Notes: a model not told the origin generated them from the sequence alone. A DNA stretch of 61,175 bases from a virus (IMGVR_UViG_3300037486_000366:1-61175); one strand, 5' to 3'. Positions 36,701-46,698 are shown, numbered from the stretch's first letter. Made by a program: numbers and translations.

Positions 36701-39700
36701 ACTATATAACCTTTCATCTTTTTAGAAGTAGATTCTAGTTCACGCAAACCTTCTTTAGAAACTCTAGAAAATTTCCCAGGTTTATCATATCTAGCCGCAG
36801 TAAAACGTTTACTAAAGTTACCTGTATAAAATGAAGGGGGTACTTTTTCTCCTTCATTAAGTCTAACTACGTCATCAATATAATTAGCTAAGTTTACCTG
36901 ATCTTCTGAAGATATTGTTGCTTTATCTTTTCCAAGAACTGGGACATTTTCAAGTTTAAATGATGGAACCAGCTCTAATAGTTCTGCTTTATCTGCCTCA
37001 TTACTAAACACATCATCAAAGAATTTTTGTTCAGTTGGCGTAAGATATGTTCTAATTTCCTTTTTAGTTGGCTCTAATTCTTCTAACATAGACTTTATTT
37101 CATTCTTATACAAATTAATTGTTTCTATGTCAGGAATATCTTTACTCTTCTCAACCACAATCTTTTTTTCAAGAAGGTCAATTACACTATTGGTTCTTAA
37201 TAAATGATTTTCTTCTGCAGATCTTTTTCCTGGGATAATGTTTGCTACTCTATCTTTAAAATTATCATAAAGAACCTTATCTTCTTTAGAGATAAAATCT
37301 ATTACATTAGTTTTTTCAGTATAAAGATTTTGTAAATCTTTAAAAGATAAAATTTCTTCCTGCCCATCAATAATAAATTTAAGGTCAGTTACTTTTGTAG
37401 CAGGGTCTATCTTAACTTCATTATCTTGAACCCCTTCACTTTCAATGGCTTTAGTGGGAAAAATGATAGCCACAGAAATTTTATCATTAGCCCCATAAGC
37501 AACTATCGGGGAAATATTACTGATTAATTGTGCAGATATTCCAGGGTAGCCTTCAAAATCTTCCCCAACAAATAACTCATTATTCTCTACAATTGAACGA
37601 AGTTCATCGATCGTAGTTATCCTTGTAGCTGTATTAGGTTTAATTGTTCCTACATAAAGTTTATTTTTTAAATTGTCTTTTAAAGCAATCTTCGTACCAA
37701 CTGATTTTTCTATTGAAATAGGAGTTGCTTTATTAAAAGCTTCCTTAATTTCTTCCATTGTAACTATTACTTTAGGATATGTAACGATTGCCTTACGCCC
37801 TACTAAATTATCGAGAGCTTCAAATTCATGACTAGGTTTTTCTGCAAGAAAACGTTGGCTTCGAGCTAACAAGGCTTTGATGTCACCATCCGTATAAGTT
37901 TTTACTATTCCCCAATCACGAAACTTATTGCGAACAAAGGCTATAATCTTTTCCCATAATGTTTCAGATAATTGATTTTTAGGGTCTTGTGCTTGAAATG
38001 CTAAAAATTCTTCAGCAGCTAATAATTGACCACGATTACCACTAGTGCCTGATGAATCACCTTCAATAGACTCATCTATTTCGTATTCTTTCACAACTGT
38101 CTTCATTAAAGGTGTATCTTTATAACTACTATATATTTGGCGCAAAATAGGTTTAAATTCTTCTACACCTAGCATTTCCCACATGCCATGATGAACTAAT
38201 GCTTCATGTAAAAGAGTGCCAAGTGCTTCATCTAAATCTGCAATCTGATCTGCAAAAAGATGAATAGCAATATACCCATCATTATTTGGCCAATATACTC
38301 CAGGAATAAATTGCGTCTCAAGGTCAGCGTTTAAAAGAATATCAACAGGGACGTCTGGATGATAAATAGAATCATAGATCGTGACTATAGGTAAACCTGG
38401 ATGTTCTTCAACAAACTTGTCAATATGGGTCGCAATATCTTTTGCTTTTAAGTTCCCTGCTTTTTCATGTGTTCTTGGTTGTTTGACCTTAGCAAATTTT
38501 TTAGGAATAGCAGTTAATTTATCTTTTTGAAGAATTTCAATATTATTTTCATCAAAATCTATTCCTGTACCATGTTTACCAACTTTAGCTGCCTTAACTC
38601 CAACAAGAGTAGTTGCTACCTTATTAAAGTAATCTATTAAACCATCAATTTGTCGATCAAACTGACTCTTTTCTTCTGAAGTTGCAAAATGAGTGTTTAA
38701 TAAGCCATCATCAAATGATGCTGATAATTGGCCTAGGTAATCAGACAAATGAACCAGGTTGACTTTACTTTCGTCACCAAGATGCCATCGATTATTAATC
38801 ATAGTAGACAATGCGTTTAATAAAGAGGGTAAATCTCCCGTTGTCTTGGGGACTAACGTATTTGTCTTTTTATTAAGGGTTAATACTCGAGTTGAAAGGT
38901 CTTTGTTTTCTTGAGCCGTTTGAAACAAGGGATTTAAGGCTATAAGCTTATGCTTCTTTGCAACAGGTTTCTCTTTTGCAATCTCAGCACGAAGAGCCAT
39001 TTCTTCACGTTTCTCTTCTTCAATTCTATCATCAACCATTTCCTGAATTTCTTTTTCACTTAATTCAGAAAAGTCAGTAGAGAACATATCATATAAATCA
39101 GCTCGACGTTCTTTTTCTTCTTGTTCAGTCATTAAAGGAACTTCAAGCGGGGCAATTTCTTCTTCAGGTTCTTCGACTTTTTCTTCTGTTATTTTTGCCA
39201 TTGCACGTTGATCTGCTGCTTCCTCACGTTCCTCTTCAGTCATCGTGCCTTTTTCTTTCCAAGTACCTTCAGTAGTCTGTTTCCATTGTTTAACAAGGGT
39301 TTTATGCTCAGCAACTTCTTCAGTTGGAACAGCTTCACCTTGCTGTAGTCTTGCTAGAACGTTACGATAACGGGCTTTCTTTTTTAGTGTCTTCTTTACT
39401 TCTGGTAAAGTTTTAATAGAAGGTTCACCTACATAAACATAAGATAAAGTAACCCCACCTTTAATATCTTTTTCAATTTGAGATATATTAGAAAAATCAG
39501 GTTTATTTTTTTCACCAACAAACTCAAATGTATGTTGTGAATATGTTTTATTTTTTAAGACACTTGAAATAGCTTCAGGTAAAGTGTTATAGGTTTCTTG
39601 CCTAATTAACTCTTGATTAGGTTCTATACTTTCTTGTTTATGTTCAACTATATACTTTCCATCCTCCTCTGAAATATCTGCATAAGCTTTATCAAAGGTA

Positions 39701-42354
39701 GTAGAACGTTCAGAAAAATCACTTGCATTGACAAGTTGAGTTTTAAGGTTTTTAATCTCAGTCATTACTTCTGGTAAAGTTTTGCCAGTCTCTGTGGTAC
39801 TAGTACCTGTATCGACTTTACCTTGCTCGATAACCCCTGTAACCACTGCTCCAGTGACTGGCTTGGGAGGACGTCCAGGTTTTCGCTTAGGTCCTGGTTC
39901 AACTGCAGGTCTTTCTTTCTTAGGTCTTCCAACCTTTTTCTTAATCGCTTCTTCAAGGATTGCATCTCCTTTCGCTTCAACCTTTGTGCCATTTTCAAGT
40001 TCAACTTTTACAGTAACATCTTTTAAATCTTCTTTTGCTATTCTATCAAGAATACGTTTAGAAGAAACTATATCTGAAGCAATAATTATTGTGGACGTTT
40101 TTTCTTGAGCTTGCTTAGCTTTTCTTTTAAGCTCTCCTTTTTTGGTTGCTCGTTTTTCTTCTTTAGAAAGGGGTGTTTCGCGTTGTTCTTGAACATTTCC
40201 ACTTGCTGTAATCTTTCCTTCGCCTGTTCCTGTGACAGGTCCGGTTTTGACAGGTTTTTCCCCTTGCTGGACTTTACTTGATAGCCTTGCGATGTTTGTA
40301 CGATCACTTGTAATCTCCTTTCGTTTCGCAATCCACTGTTCCTTGCCTTCTTCTGTATGACCTATTTTTGTAGGTTCATACATATTAAAAATACCAGGCA
40401 TCTTCTGCTCAAGTTTACGTAAAGTAAGTAAAACACTCCCTTTTGAAGTAAAAGCATTTCCCTTAGCTGTCCTAATTTCCGCAGGCACTTCACCAGTAGC
40501 AGTTGGGGTAATTTTCTTTAGCCGTTGTGTTTCTAATCCTCGCTGAATAAGATCAGAAAAAACTTTAGGAACAGCAATCCAGGCTTTAGTATTTAATCTG
40601 AAAGGTACTAGTTCTTTTTCTTTATTAGCTTCTTTTATTGCTTTCTTTGTAACTGCTTCTGAAACAAAGGGTATTTCTTCTCCAGCTTTGTTTTGACTTG
40701 TTAATGATACTTTACGAATTAATTCTGGTAAAGACATTAACGTTCCAATATTCTTTTCATGAGTAAAAGAGTCGGGAGTATGCGCTTCAGAAATAGGCCG
40801 CATGACTGGGTTGCCCTGCTCATCTACGATATGAGAAGATTGAACCATCATAGGAGAAGGAACAATAGGTCCCCGCGCCCCCATAATGGTCTGAGCTAAT
40901 TGAGTCGCACGATTTTCATCAAAACCACGTTTAATGAAATCATCTTTGAAAAAATTAAACAGTTCATACCCAATAATTCGTCTACCAGTTTTTTCATTTT
41001 CTGGGTGAAGTTCTTCTTGCTGAGTAACTTCTTTTGGTGTTTCAATTCCACGTTCCTCAAACTTTTTGACATCTTCAGAAAGTTGTTGTTCAAGGAAACG
41101 TTCCTTAGTCATCTCTTGAAATGTTCTTAATGACTCAAGGTTCTTGTTTAACTCCATTGGTTCTTGATTAACTATCTTATATGCCGCATACTCTTGCCAT
41201 TTAGAAGCAAGATCAGTATCATTAGTTCCATCTAGTTTCTTAAGTTCATTAAAGACTATTTCTGCAGCACGATGTCTATCAGATACATCAGCCTCAGCAT
41301 CTTCTAAAACCTTTGTTACTTGCCCCCGCATCTTTGCCCCACGACCATGACCTACTCCAGCAAATAATAGTGAGGCAAAAAATGTAGGACCTATTGCTTG
41401 TAAAGCCTGTTCTTCAGGAGAAGTCTCTTGAGGTAAACCTGCTTCTTCACGAAACCTTCCTTCAAGATAGCTCTGAGCCATTTCAGTTGGAATTTCAACA
41501 GCTGATAATTTTCCGACTGTAGCCGCATAATCTTTTACACCAGCCGTAGTTCCACGTTCAAGTAACTGTTTAACTGTTTTTGTTGCTGCACGACCGACAC
41601 CTAACCTATCAAGAAACGACCCAATAACAAGGTCACCTGTAAATTCAAGGCCAGCTTCCTGAATAGCAGAAGCAGCTGCCCATGGTTTCCATTCATTATC
41701 TGTTATTGCAAATTGAGGATTTTTCTGATTAAACTTATAGACGTCTTCTGCGAATTGATCATATTCTTGAAGACCAAATGCAATACCACCACCAAGTGCT
41801 CCGGTAGCAATACCTCCTACTCGTCTACCTAATTCAGCTGCTTGTGGAGTTTTACCTATTGCCATACCTAGTGCAGCACCTAACGCTTGACCTGGTTCTG
41901 AGGCAATCAGAATAGGCATAATAGACTGCACAAAACTACGAGAACCCTCAAATACAGAGGTACGAAAAACATTTCCTGCTGACCATGGATCACCTGTTAA
42001 TGTTGGTTGTTTAAAAACACTTGGGAGAGCATTTTCTATCTCTGGTTTTTTCTCAATAAACCAAGTAGCAACAACATCTTTCAGTCCCTGATCTTCATCT
42101 TTAACATTACCGAGACGAATATCGCGTGCTAACATTTCAATTGAACTCAATAAACCAGCAGCAAGACCAGCTGGTAAATCACCGATGACCCCCATCCAAC
42201 TGCTTCGTACAGGAGTAGGTGGTTCTGGTGGATTTATGCTAGCAAGATCTTGTTGTACTTCAGTTAAGCCTTGGTAAATATTTGTAGGTTCAGCACCAGG
42301 AGTACCTACAGAACCAGCCATGTCACGAGCAAATTGTTCAAGGTCAAACGCCAT
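33700..42354 (-). CDS. Giant internal virion / polyvalent protein (2884 aa)
   Basis: Last of the ejected-protein genes; Gly/Ala-rich TM-like N-terminus, GRP AT-hook-like motifs, LLHEALVHHG...AEEFLA metallopeptidase-like motif, helical C-terminus. Confidence 0.8.
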   Translation of the reverse strand: MAFDLEQFARDMAGSVGTPGAEPTNIYQGLTEVQQDLASINPPEPPTPVRSSWMGVIGDLPAGLAAGLLSSIEMLARDIRLGNVKDEDQGLKDVVATWFIEKKPEIENALPSVFKQPTLTGDPWSAGNVFRTSVFEGSRSFVQSIMPILIASEPGQALGAALGMAIGKTPQAAELGRRVGGIATGALGGGIAFGLQEYDQFAEDVYKFNQKNPQFAITDNEWKPWAAASAIQEAGLEFTGDLVIGSFLDRLGVGRAATKTVKQLLERGTTAGVKDYAATVGKLSAVEIPTEMAQSYLEGRFREEAGLPQETSPEEQALQAIGPTFFASLLFAGVGHGRGAKMRGQVTKVLEDAEADVSDRHRAAEIVFNELKKLDGTNDTDLASKWQEYAAYKIVNQEPMELNKNLESLRTFQEMTKERFLEQQLSEDVKKFEERGIETPKEVTQQEELHPENEKTGRRIIGYELFNFFKDDFIKRGFDENRATQLAQTIMGARGPIVPSPMMVQSSHIVDEQGNPVMRPISEAHTPDSFTHEKNIGTLMSLPELIRKVSLTSQNKAGEEIPFVSEAVTKKAIKEANKEKELVPFRLNTKAWIAVPKVFSDLIQRGLETQRLKKITPTATGEVPAEIRTAKGNAFTSKGSVLLTLRKLEQKMPGIFNMYEPTKIGHTEEGKEQWIAKRKEITSDRTNIARLSSKVQQGEKPVKTGPVTGTGEGKITASGNVQEQRETPLSKEEKRATKKGELKRKAKQAQEKTSTIIIASDIVSSKRILDRIAKEDLKDVTVKVELENGTKVEAKGDAILEEAIKKKVGRPKKERPAVEPGPKRKPGRPPKPVTGAVVTGVIEQGKVDTGTSTTETGKTLPEVMTEIKNLKTQLVNASDFSERSTTFDKAYADISEEDGKYIVEHKQESIEPNQELIRQETYNTLPEAISSVLKNKTYSQHTFEFVGEKNKPDFSNISQIEKDIKGGVTLSYVYVGEPSIKTLPEVKKTLKKKARYRNVLARLQQGEAVPTEEVAEHKTLVKQWKQTTEGTWKEKGTMTEEEREEAADQRAMAKITEEKVEEPEEEIAPLEVPLMTEQEEKERRADLYDMFSTDFSELSEKEIQEMVDDRIEEEKREEMALRAEIAKEKPVAKKHKLIALNPLFQTAQENKDLSTRVLTLNKKTNTLVPKTTGDLPSLLNALSTMINNRWHLGDESKVNLVHLSDYLGQLSASFDDGLLNTHFATSEEKSQFDRQIDGLIDYFNKVATTLVGVKAAKVGKHGTGIDFDENNIEILQKDKLTAIPKKFAKVKQPRTHEKAGNLKAKDIATHIDKFVEEHPGLPIVTIYDSIYHPDVPVDILLNADLETQFIPGVYWPNNDGYIAIHLFADQIADLDEALGTLLHEALVHHGMWEMLGVEEFKPILRQIYSSYKDTPLMKTVVKEYEIDESIEGDSSGTSGNRGQLLAAEEFLAFQAQDPKNQLSETLWEKIIAFVRNKFRDWGIVKTYTDGDIKALLARSQRFLAEKPSHEFEALDNLVGRKAIVTYPKVIVTMEEIKEAFNKATPISIEKSVGTKIALKDNLKNKLYVGTIKPNTATRITTIDELRSIVENNELFVGEDFEGYPGISAQLISNISPIVAYGANDKISVAIIFPTKAIESEGVQDNEVKIDPATKVTDLKFIIDGQEEILSFKDLQNLYTEKTNVIDFISKEDKVLYDNFKDRVANIIPGKRSAEENHLLRTNSVIDLLEKKIVVEKSKDIPDIETINLYKNEIKSMLEELEPTKKEIRTYLTPTEQKFFDDVFSNEADKAELLELVPSFKLENVPVLGKDKATISSEDQVNLANYIDDVVRLNEGEKVPPSFYTGNFSKRFTAARYDKPGKFSRVSKEGLRELESTSKKMKGYIVKDYGKVMIPNPRAGEYNEKKGFIQPNRLRVDKIIGLRKVDKVFKNEATNTFVIEFTDGSSRSFSNTEFQEMYRKQNVQVEKAKQPIKYAKVSKQGTLDPNLNELDPAVLKNFWGEEAKALLKTISAQRPRNLPALTFMERLLRSPEWYSHPVLRKLVDLAIKRHDRYYELFHTLDEIENSDETVSQRTTALRNKGLTRWQIVRGETSDDYKLFSRIVDEGDTGEWREKVDNPDMSYLQYLENQNIPQDVLELYKAHRVAYDKALDLLMEPLVKTVTEVEDEAKAKNKKPQYPQFQTYDEEGKITTVNLKEVLHTMGQLKGSYAPRLREVGEWEVVGKRGEEEEVRYHKSNRLAAERLAASLTRQGFTIEPIKERERLHEDVYGNLRLVSIHQAINLAMKGTKLEAPELRMKFENELLDNIADIIKARGFRGSMIRRRKDKIVRGYIVDPGERFVRYVGNISAGLAKAEAAKNMFSTITGKYVTDEEGSKKKVGGIDEQKERRAYEVATKYVEEQLRNADNTDRLIGYAKSVASFKYLGFNPRTLFVNVLALGTTVPTAIHQYVMGGKGSLASIGAEITRSSKDYIGVMRGQELPNANEQKLVDEIHEKGYDMPQYMQDAMGTLQRTHGRIWNQSLGLALFGFKKSEQWIRGSTILAAYRLAKKNNPDLTHDEAVAKAYDASNKAHAVYGKATLPSYALGKNPAAKLFQMLYTFQKFPHNYLQMLYDVGFKKKNVKGFLYGLMSPIFLAGMAVAPLKDIWVGIFNALLRLLGIKVDAEKWFWDKTRKSMGKSSETILRHGLIGALGLDVSGSLNINAGLPRNMYELLGVGGGLVKDVGDALHYTKLGEYGRAAEKTLPTGIGNLFKAYRELSGVTTTKGTPVFNNQGMPYKASAFETGARVLGFRSAQQATMVERRSEALMERENFTQMRDDIYEQYRNSLMSNDSKMLQKTMDKVVQYNNLVVRYNLGGQVPVITKESLKRQAKALYVPNKAERVRLLE

Positions 42355-42362
42355 TTTAACAC

Positions 42363-43733
42363 CTAAAATGCTATTGCAGCAGAATCAGTTTCATCTTTCA
42401 TTCTAAGACCAGGACCTTTTGATGCTTTCTTTTCTTTTAATGCAGCAATAACCTGATTAATGGTACCAACTGCTGCTGCAGGATTAGTACTGAAACGCTG
42501 TTTAGCGGCAGAAAGTCTTCTACCAAGGTTCATACTTTCTTTCGGAGTTAATTTATCTCCAAGTTCTGCTACTAAATTTGCTACCTCAGTCGCCTTAGTT
42601 TGATATTCTTTATGAAATTCGGCCTTCATAGGAGACTTAGGTTGAGTTGGAGTAGTAGGAGTTCCACCACCTCCTCCACCAAGCATCTTTTTACCAGCAA
42701 CTGTACTTACTAGCTGCTGATTATAAGTTGCAAGAGCCTCATTAACTGCCGCTTGTTTTCCTGTATTAAATGCCTCTTCTGTAATTATCTTAGTATTTCC
42801 CTCAGCATCGTAAATGACTGGTTGCTGATTTGCATTACGATGAGATTTTTCATACTCTGACCCAACTTTCTCGATAATACCAGCCCATGCAGCAAACACC
42901 TGACCTTGACCCATAATCTCTTTTTGTTTTTCAGCGGTAATATTAGCTGCCCCTAAATGACCTTTCATATTTATAACAGCTTGTCCAAGGTGACCTAATG
43001 TATCTGCTGGTACCTTTGTTCCTTCTTTAAGACCAGAATACTTAGCTACTTCTTTAGTTATTGGTTGCCAATTCTCTTTAACAGCACGTTGCTCAAGAAA
43101 CTTATCAAGAGATTTGTGAGTATCGGTAATTAATGTATCAACAATACTTGTGTCACCACCAGCTGTCTTTACTATTCCTCGTAAAGAATTTAATGACTTA
43201 GTTCGCCCTAATAAAAACTCCTCTGGTCGTTCCTGATAGTACTTCATCCCCTGATCTAACTTTGCTATATCTGCTTTTTTCTTTTCAGGAGGATCATTTG
43301 ATGCTTCTATTTCAGCACGTTTCTCAGTCATATAAGACATTGGATTTGTTGCATTAATAGCAAAACCTATAAAAACAGGGGCAGCTTGACCAAAATCAAA
43401 TAAAGTTAACTGCTGTCCTTTACTATCAAGATAATGTTTACCATCATCACTTATTTTCCATCCAAGAGTTTTAAATGCTCCACCTGTTCCAGCAACAGCC
43501 TGTTGTTTAACACCAGGAGGCAAATGTTTAGTTTGTTCATCTACAACATTTGACACAAAATCTACAGTTAAAGGTTGATCATACATTGCTTGTTTTGCTC
43601 GTTCTCGTTTCAACCCCATTCCCTGTGCTTCAAGTTCCATCATTTGTTTTGGAACTCCAAGGGTTACATTAAGATAATCTTGTGTTTGTCCTCTAATCGT
43701 GTCAGATAAATTTTTCCAATCTTCAGTTGCCAT
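42363..43733 (-). CDS. Internal virion (ejection) protein
   Basis: AAGGAG RBS; helical; lies upstream of the giant protein. Confidence 0.6.
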   Translation of the reverse strand: MATEDWKNLSDTIRGQTQDYLNVTLGVPKQMMELEAQGMGLKRERAKQAMYDQPLTVDFVSNVVDEQTKHLPPGVKQQAVAGTGGAFKTLGWKISDDGKHYLDSKGQQLTLFDFGQAAPVFIGFAINATNPMSYMTEKRAEIEASNDPPEKKKADIAKLDQGMKYYQERPEEFLLGRTKSLNSLRGIVKTAGGDTSIVDTLITDTHKSLDKFLEQRAVKENWQPITKEVAKYSGLKEGTKVPADTLGHLGQAVINMKGHLGAANITAEKQKEIMGQGQVFAAWAGIIEKVGSEYEKSHRNANQQPVIYDAEGNTKIITEEAFNTGKQAAVNEALATYNQQLVSTVAGKKMLGGGGGGTPTTPTQPKSPMKAEFHKEYQTKATEVANLVAELGDKLTPKESMNLGRRLSAAKQRFSTNPAAAVGTINQVIAALKEKKASKGPGLRMKDETDSAAIAF

Positions 43734-45366
43734 AGCACTCTCCTTCTTTTGCAATATACGGAAGCTTTATTTCTGGAGCGTATTTTAAAAACAAATCAAG
43801 CGCTGTTAAAAAGTAATGATCAACAGCCTCATCAATTTTACCTTGTTTTACTAACTCAACACATGGAGTAATAAATTTAGGTTTTAGTTCAGAATAAAAT
43901 TCTTTTAGGTTTGGTTCAGCCTTCTTAATTTTTCTTAAAAGTTTCAGCCCATTTATTGCATACCAAGTAAAATATTTTGGAGACCTTTTTAAAGCATGCC
44001 CTTGAATCATAAAAGTATACTTCAATTCATCTGGAGTCATTCCAACATACATAATTATAGCTACACAAAGCCAACCTTTACCAATGGCTTTATTAACTGG
44101 TTCCGGTAACAATGATTCTCTAATATCTTGCGCACCACCTTCAAGGTCACCTGCAAAAATTTTCTCTGCCCCTGCAAATCCTTTTTCCTGGGCATAACCA
44201 AGATTAGTTGATTCTATACTTTGTATTAAAAAATTATCGTCAGACATACCCGAATGTTCAAGACCTGCAGTGGCTAACGAGGTAGTAATCTCAGACATTG
44301 GGCGTGACATTACATCTCCCATAGCATGAGTATGTGATCCTGGCTCATGTTCCTCAGCCATTTGTGAGCCATATTTATAAGATTGTTGAACTACAATGGC
44401 TGCGAGCGCTGCAATACCAGCGGCAGATGATGCTGCTGCTCCCCCTTCTGCTGCTACACCAGTTTCTGCTGAAGCATTAGCAAAGGCCCCAGCTTCTTCA
44501 CCAGTAGACATCATAGCAGATTCAACTGACTCAGCATTAACAAAAGCCCCAGCTCCCTCACCAGTAGCTAAATTACTTGTTTGACTTGCTTCAGTAAACA
44601 TAGCCTCTGATTCAGTAAGAGGAGATATTGTGTCTGTTGGAGGTTTACCCCACGTAGAAAAATCTGGTACTTGACCTTGTACTGCCCCCTCTATTGGAAC
44701 TTCGCCAGGCACATTTGGAGTAATTGAAGCTTCACTTAATGGTACTGAAGAAGTTATTCCATCTACTCCAGCTTCTCCAGGTATTCCAGTTAGTTCGGTT
44801 GGTGCGCTAGATATTTCAGACACAGGTGGTGCTCCAGGAGCTGGTGGTGCTCCAGGAGCTGGTGATATAGGAGCACTTGGTGCTCCAGGAGCTGGTGATA
44901 TAGGAGCACCTGGCCCCATGATCTGTTCTTTTACCCAAGTTGCCCCCTGTTTAGCATAATCTCCAGCTGTACTAAGTATACCAGGACCTGAATCAGTTGT
45001 AGTAGCTCCTGGATTTACCATTTTATCTATAGCTGAACCTGTCTTATACGCTCCATAAACATTAGCCGCTAGTCCAAGTCCTCCTATAACTTCAGAGGTT
45101 GTTTGCGCTCTTTTAGCAGCATCAATTTGATCTTGAGCAATAGTTTTTTGATCTGCTACACTTTGCCTCTCAATAGCTAACCGTTCTTTTTGAAGAGCCA
45201 GGTCTTGCTTTACTAATTCTGCTTCAGCAGCTGCAGCGTCATCCCTCTGTTTTTGTGCATATATGGCAGGTAAATTATCAGCTTGCTGTTTTACCATTGC
45301 TTCATAATTAAGCCCTGGAAAACGTTTTCTAGTTAATGCACCATATTGTGAAGATACTCCAGGCAT
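43723..45366 (-). CDS. Internal virion (ejection/pilot) protein
   Basis: Coiled coil, GLGLAA TM-like segment, Pro-rich repeats, CFI-box-CTERM-like C-terminus. Confidence 0.6.
   Translation of the reverse strand: MPGVSSQYGALTRKRFPGLNYEAMVKQQADNLPAIYAQKQRDDAAAAEAELVKQDLALQKERLAIERQSVADQKTIAQDQIDAAKRAQTTSEVIGGLGLAANVYGAYKTGSAIDKMVNPGATTTDSGPGILSTAGDYAKQGATWVKEQIMGPGAPISPAPGAPSAPISPAPGAPPAPGAPPVSEISSAPTELTGIPGEAGVDGITSSVPLSEASITPNVPGEVPIEGAVQGQVPDFSTWGKPPTDTISPLTESEAMFTEASQTSNLATGEGAGAFVNAESVESAMMSTGEEAGAFANASAETGVAAEGGAAASSAAGIAALAAIVVQQSYKYGSQMAEEHEPGSHTHAMGDVMSRPMSEITTSLATAGLEHSGMSDDNFLIQSIESTNLGYAQEKGFAGAEKIFAGDLEGGAQDIRESLLPEPVNKAIGKGWLCVAIIMYVGMTPDELKYTFMIQGHALKRSPKYFTWYAINGLKLLRKIKKAEPNLKEFYSELKPKFITPCVELVKQGKIDEAVDHYFLTALDLFLKYAPEIKLPYIAKEGECYGN
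44825..44912 (-). repeat. Pro-rich tandem repeats (APISPAPGAP / PAPGAP)
   Basis: 33-bp unit repeated at 44846 and 44879 plus a partial 18-bp unit. Confidence 0.85.
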
Positions 45367-45369
45367 ATT

Positions 45370-45816
45370 TTACCTCCCTAAAAGATATTTTATACGCTCA
45401 TCTTTACTAAGTTTATCTGCCACTTTCATTTTTTGATACCCACTATATGCAGATACCCCAAGACCAACTGCTCCTAAAATATCAGATGTGTTCTGTTGAC
45501 GCTCTACTAAATTCAGCTTTTCTCTGTCTTTCCAATTACGTAAACCAGCGCTTTCTCGTAATAAAGCATTATAACCAGAACCTATTTCTTTATTAGCCAC
45601 TACTTTTTCTTTAGCAAGGTCAACTTTTTGCTTATCAAGGGCAAGATTGCTAAGCACAAGCGACTTATCAATACCAGCTTGTTCTGCTTTCTTTAAAACT
45701 TCATCACCAAAAATTCTACCAGCTAAAGCAGAAACTTCTGGTTGTGTTGACATGACCTTTCGCATTGCAGAAAAATAATCAGGTGCTGACGGATCAGAAT
45801 GATACCATGAAGACAT
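45370..45816 (-). CDS. Small internal virion (ejection) protein
   Basis: AAGGAGG RBS; ILGAVGLGVSAY TM-like segment similar to that of the downstream gene. Confidence 0.55.
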   Translation of the reverse strand: MSSWYHSDPSAPDYFSAMRKVMSTQPEVSALAGRIFGDEVLKKAEQAGIDKSLVLSNLALDKQKVDLAKEKVVANKEIGSGYNALLRESAGLRNWKDREKLNLVERQQNTSDILGAVGLGVSAYSGYQKMKVADKLSKDERIKYLLGR

Positions 45817-45818
45817 AG

Positions 45819-45998
45819 CTACCTCCTTAATGCTCTAGCTTGTTTATATGAAACCATTTCTGGATTTACTTTCTTAGGCTCATGTTTTACTGGAACCTGG
45901 TCTTGTAAAAAATATTTTAAGGCTTCATTTTCAGTGTTTAAAGCAAAAACTTCATCTTTCAATTCATCAGTAACTTTTACGAATTTACTTACTTCCAT
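45819..45998 (-). CDS. Hypothetical protein (lysis-adjacent)
   Basis: GAGG RBS before ATG 45998; coiled-coil-like. Confidence 0.5.
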   Translation of the reverse strand: MEVSKFVKVTDELKDEVFALNTENEALKYFLQDQVPVKHEPKKVNPEMVSYKQARALRR

Positions 45999-46000
45999 TT

Positions 46001-46204
46001 TTATAATTTTGGCCTCGATACAATTATAGCAATCATTGATCCTACTACTGAAAGTAAAGTTACAATAACCCACCCTAATATTTGATTAAACTTACTCGAT
46101 AAGCATGAGTGCAATAGTTCCTGTTTTTTAAATAAGTCAGCACACATCTTATCTATATTCTCATGTTTTTCGTCACAAAGTTCTTTGATATACTCCTTCG
46201 TCAT
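46001..46204 (-). CDS. Small membrane protein with C-terminal TM helix (lysis-adjacent)
   Basis: ATGA overlap with holin; ILGWVIVTLLSVVGSMIAIIV. Confidence 0.65.
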   Translation of the reverse strand: MTKEYIKELCDEKHENIDKMCADLFKKQELLHSCLSSKFNQILGWVIVTLLSVVGSMIAIIVSRPKL

Positions 46205-46698
46205 TTACCATTCCTCGTTTTTTCCCAGCTTCGTAAACCACCCATTCCAAGTAAAGCTGCCACCAAACCAAGAATCTCCTCTGCGTGAAAAGTATTTGGA
46301 TAAGGAGGCATCACTGCCGCTGCAACATTAGTTGTATTGTAAAGAATCATAAAGCACTGAGTTATCCAAACGAAGGACGCAATTAGTGCTTGTGGAATAT
46401 AATAAGCTCCAAGAGAAATACCACAAACCCAACCTATAAATGGTCGCCAACCAGCAACAAACACATTCGCACTTGCCGCCTCTATCTTGTTTATTTCAAC
46501 CTGTCCCTGATCAATAAGCGCCTGTAATTCAGCCCCTCGTTGTATAAGCCTAGCTTCTTCTTCTGGACTTACTTTACCTCTGATTGCAGAGGCAATATCT
46601 TGAATGAAGCCGCCAATACCCTCAAAAACTTTCTTTACCCCTTCGCCAGCTTCTCTCACAACATTACCATCTATCTTAACATCAGAAATAAGCCCCAT
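46201..46698 (-). CDS. Holin, GTA 3TM holin family
   Basis: Q.EINKIEA...FVAGWRPFIGWVCG...LLGMGGLRSWEK. Confidence 0.88.
   Translation of the reverse strand: MGLISDVKIDGNVVREAGEGVKKVFEGIGGFIQDIASAIRGKVSPEEEARLIQRGAELQALIDQGQVEINKIEAASANVFVAGWRPFIGWVCGISLGAYYIPQALIASFVWITQCFMILYNTTNVAAAVMPPYPNTFHAEEILGLVAALLGMGGLRSWEKTRNGK

Noticed and set aside
33700-42354. N4-like virion RNA polymerase (suggested by size and the N4-gp56-type capsid)
   Set aside because: I could not find single-subunit RNAP motifs, the genome lacks N4 RNAP II genes, and it uses sigma70-type promoters.
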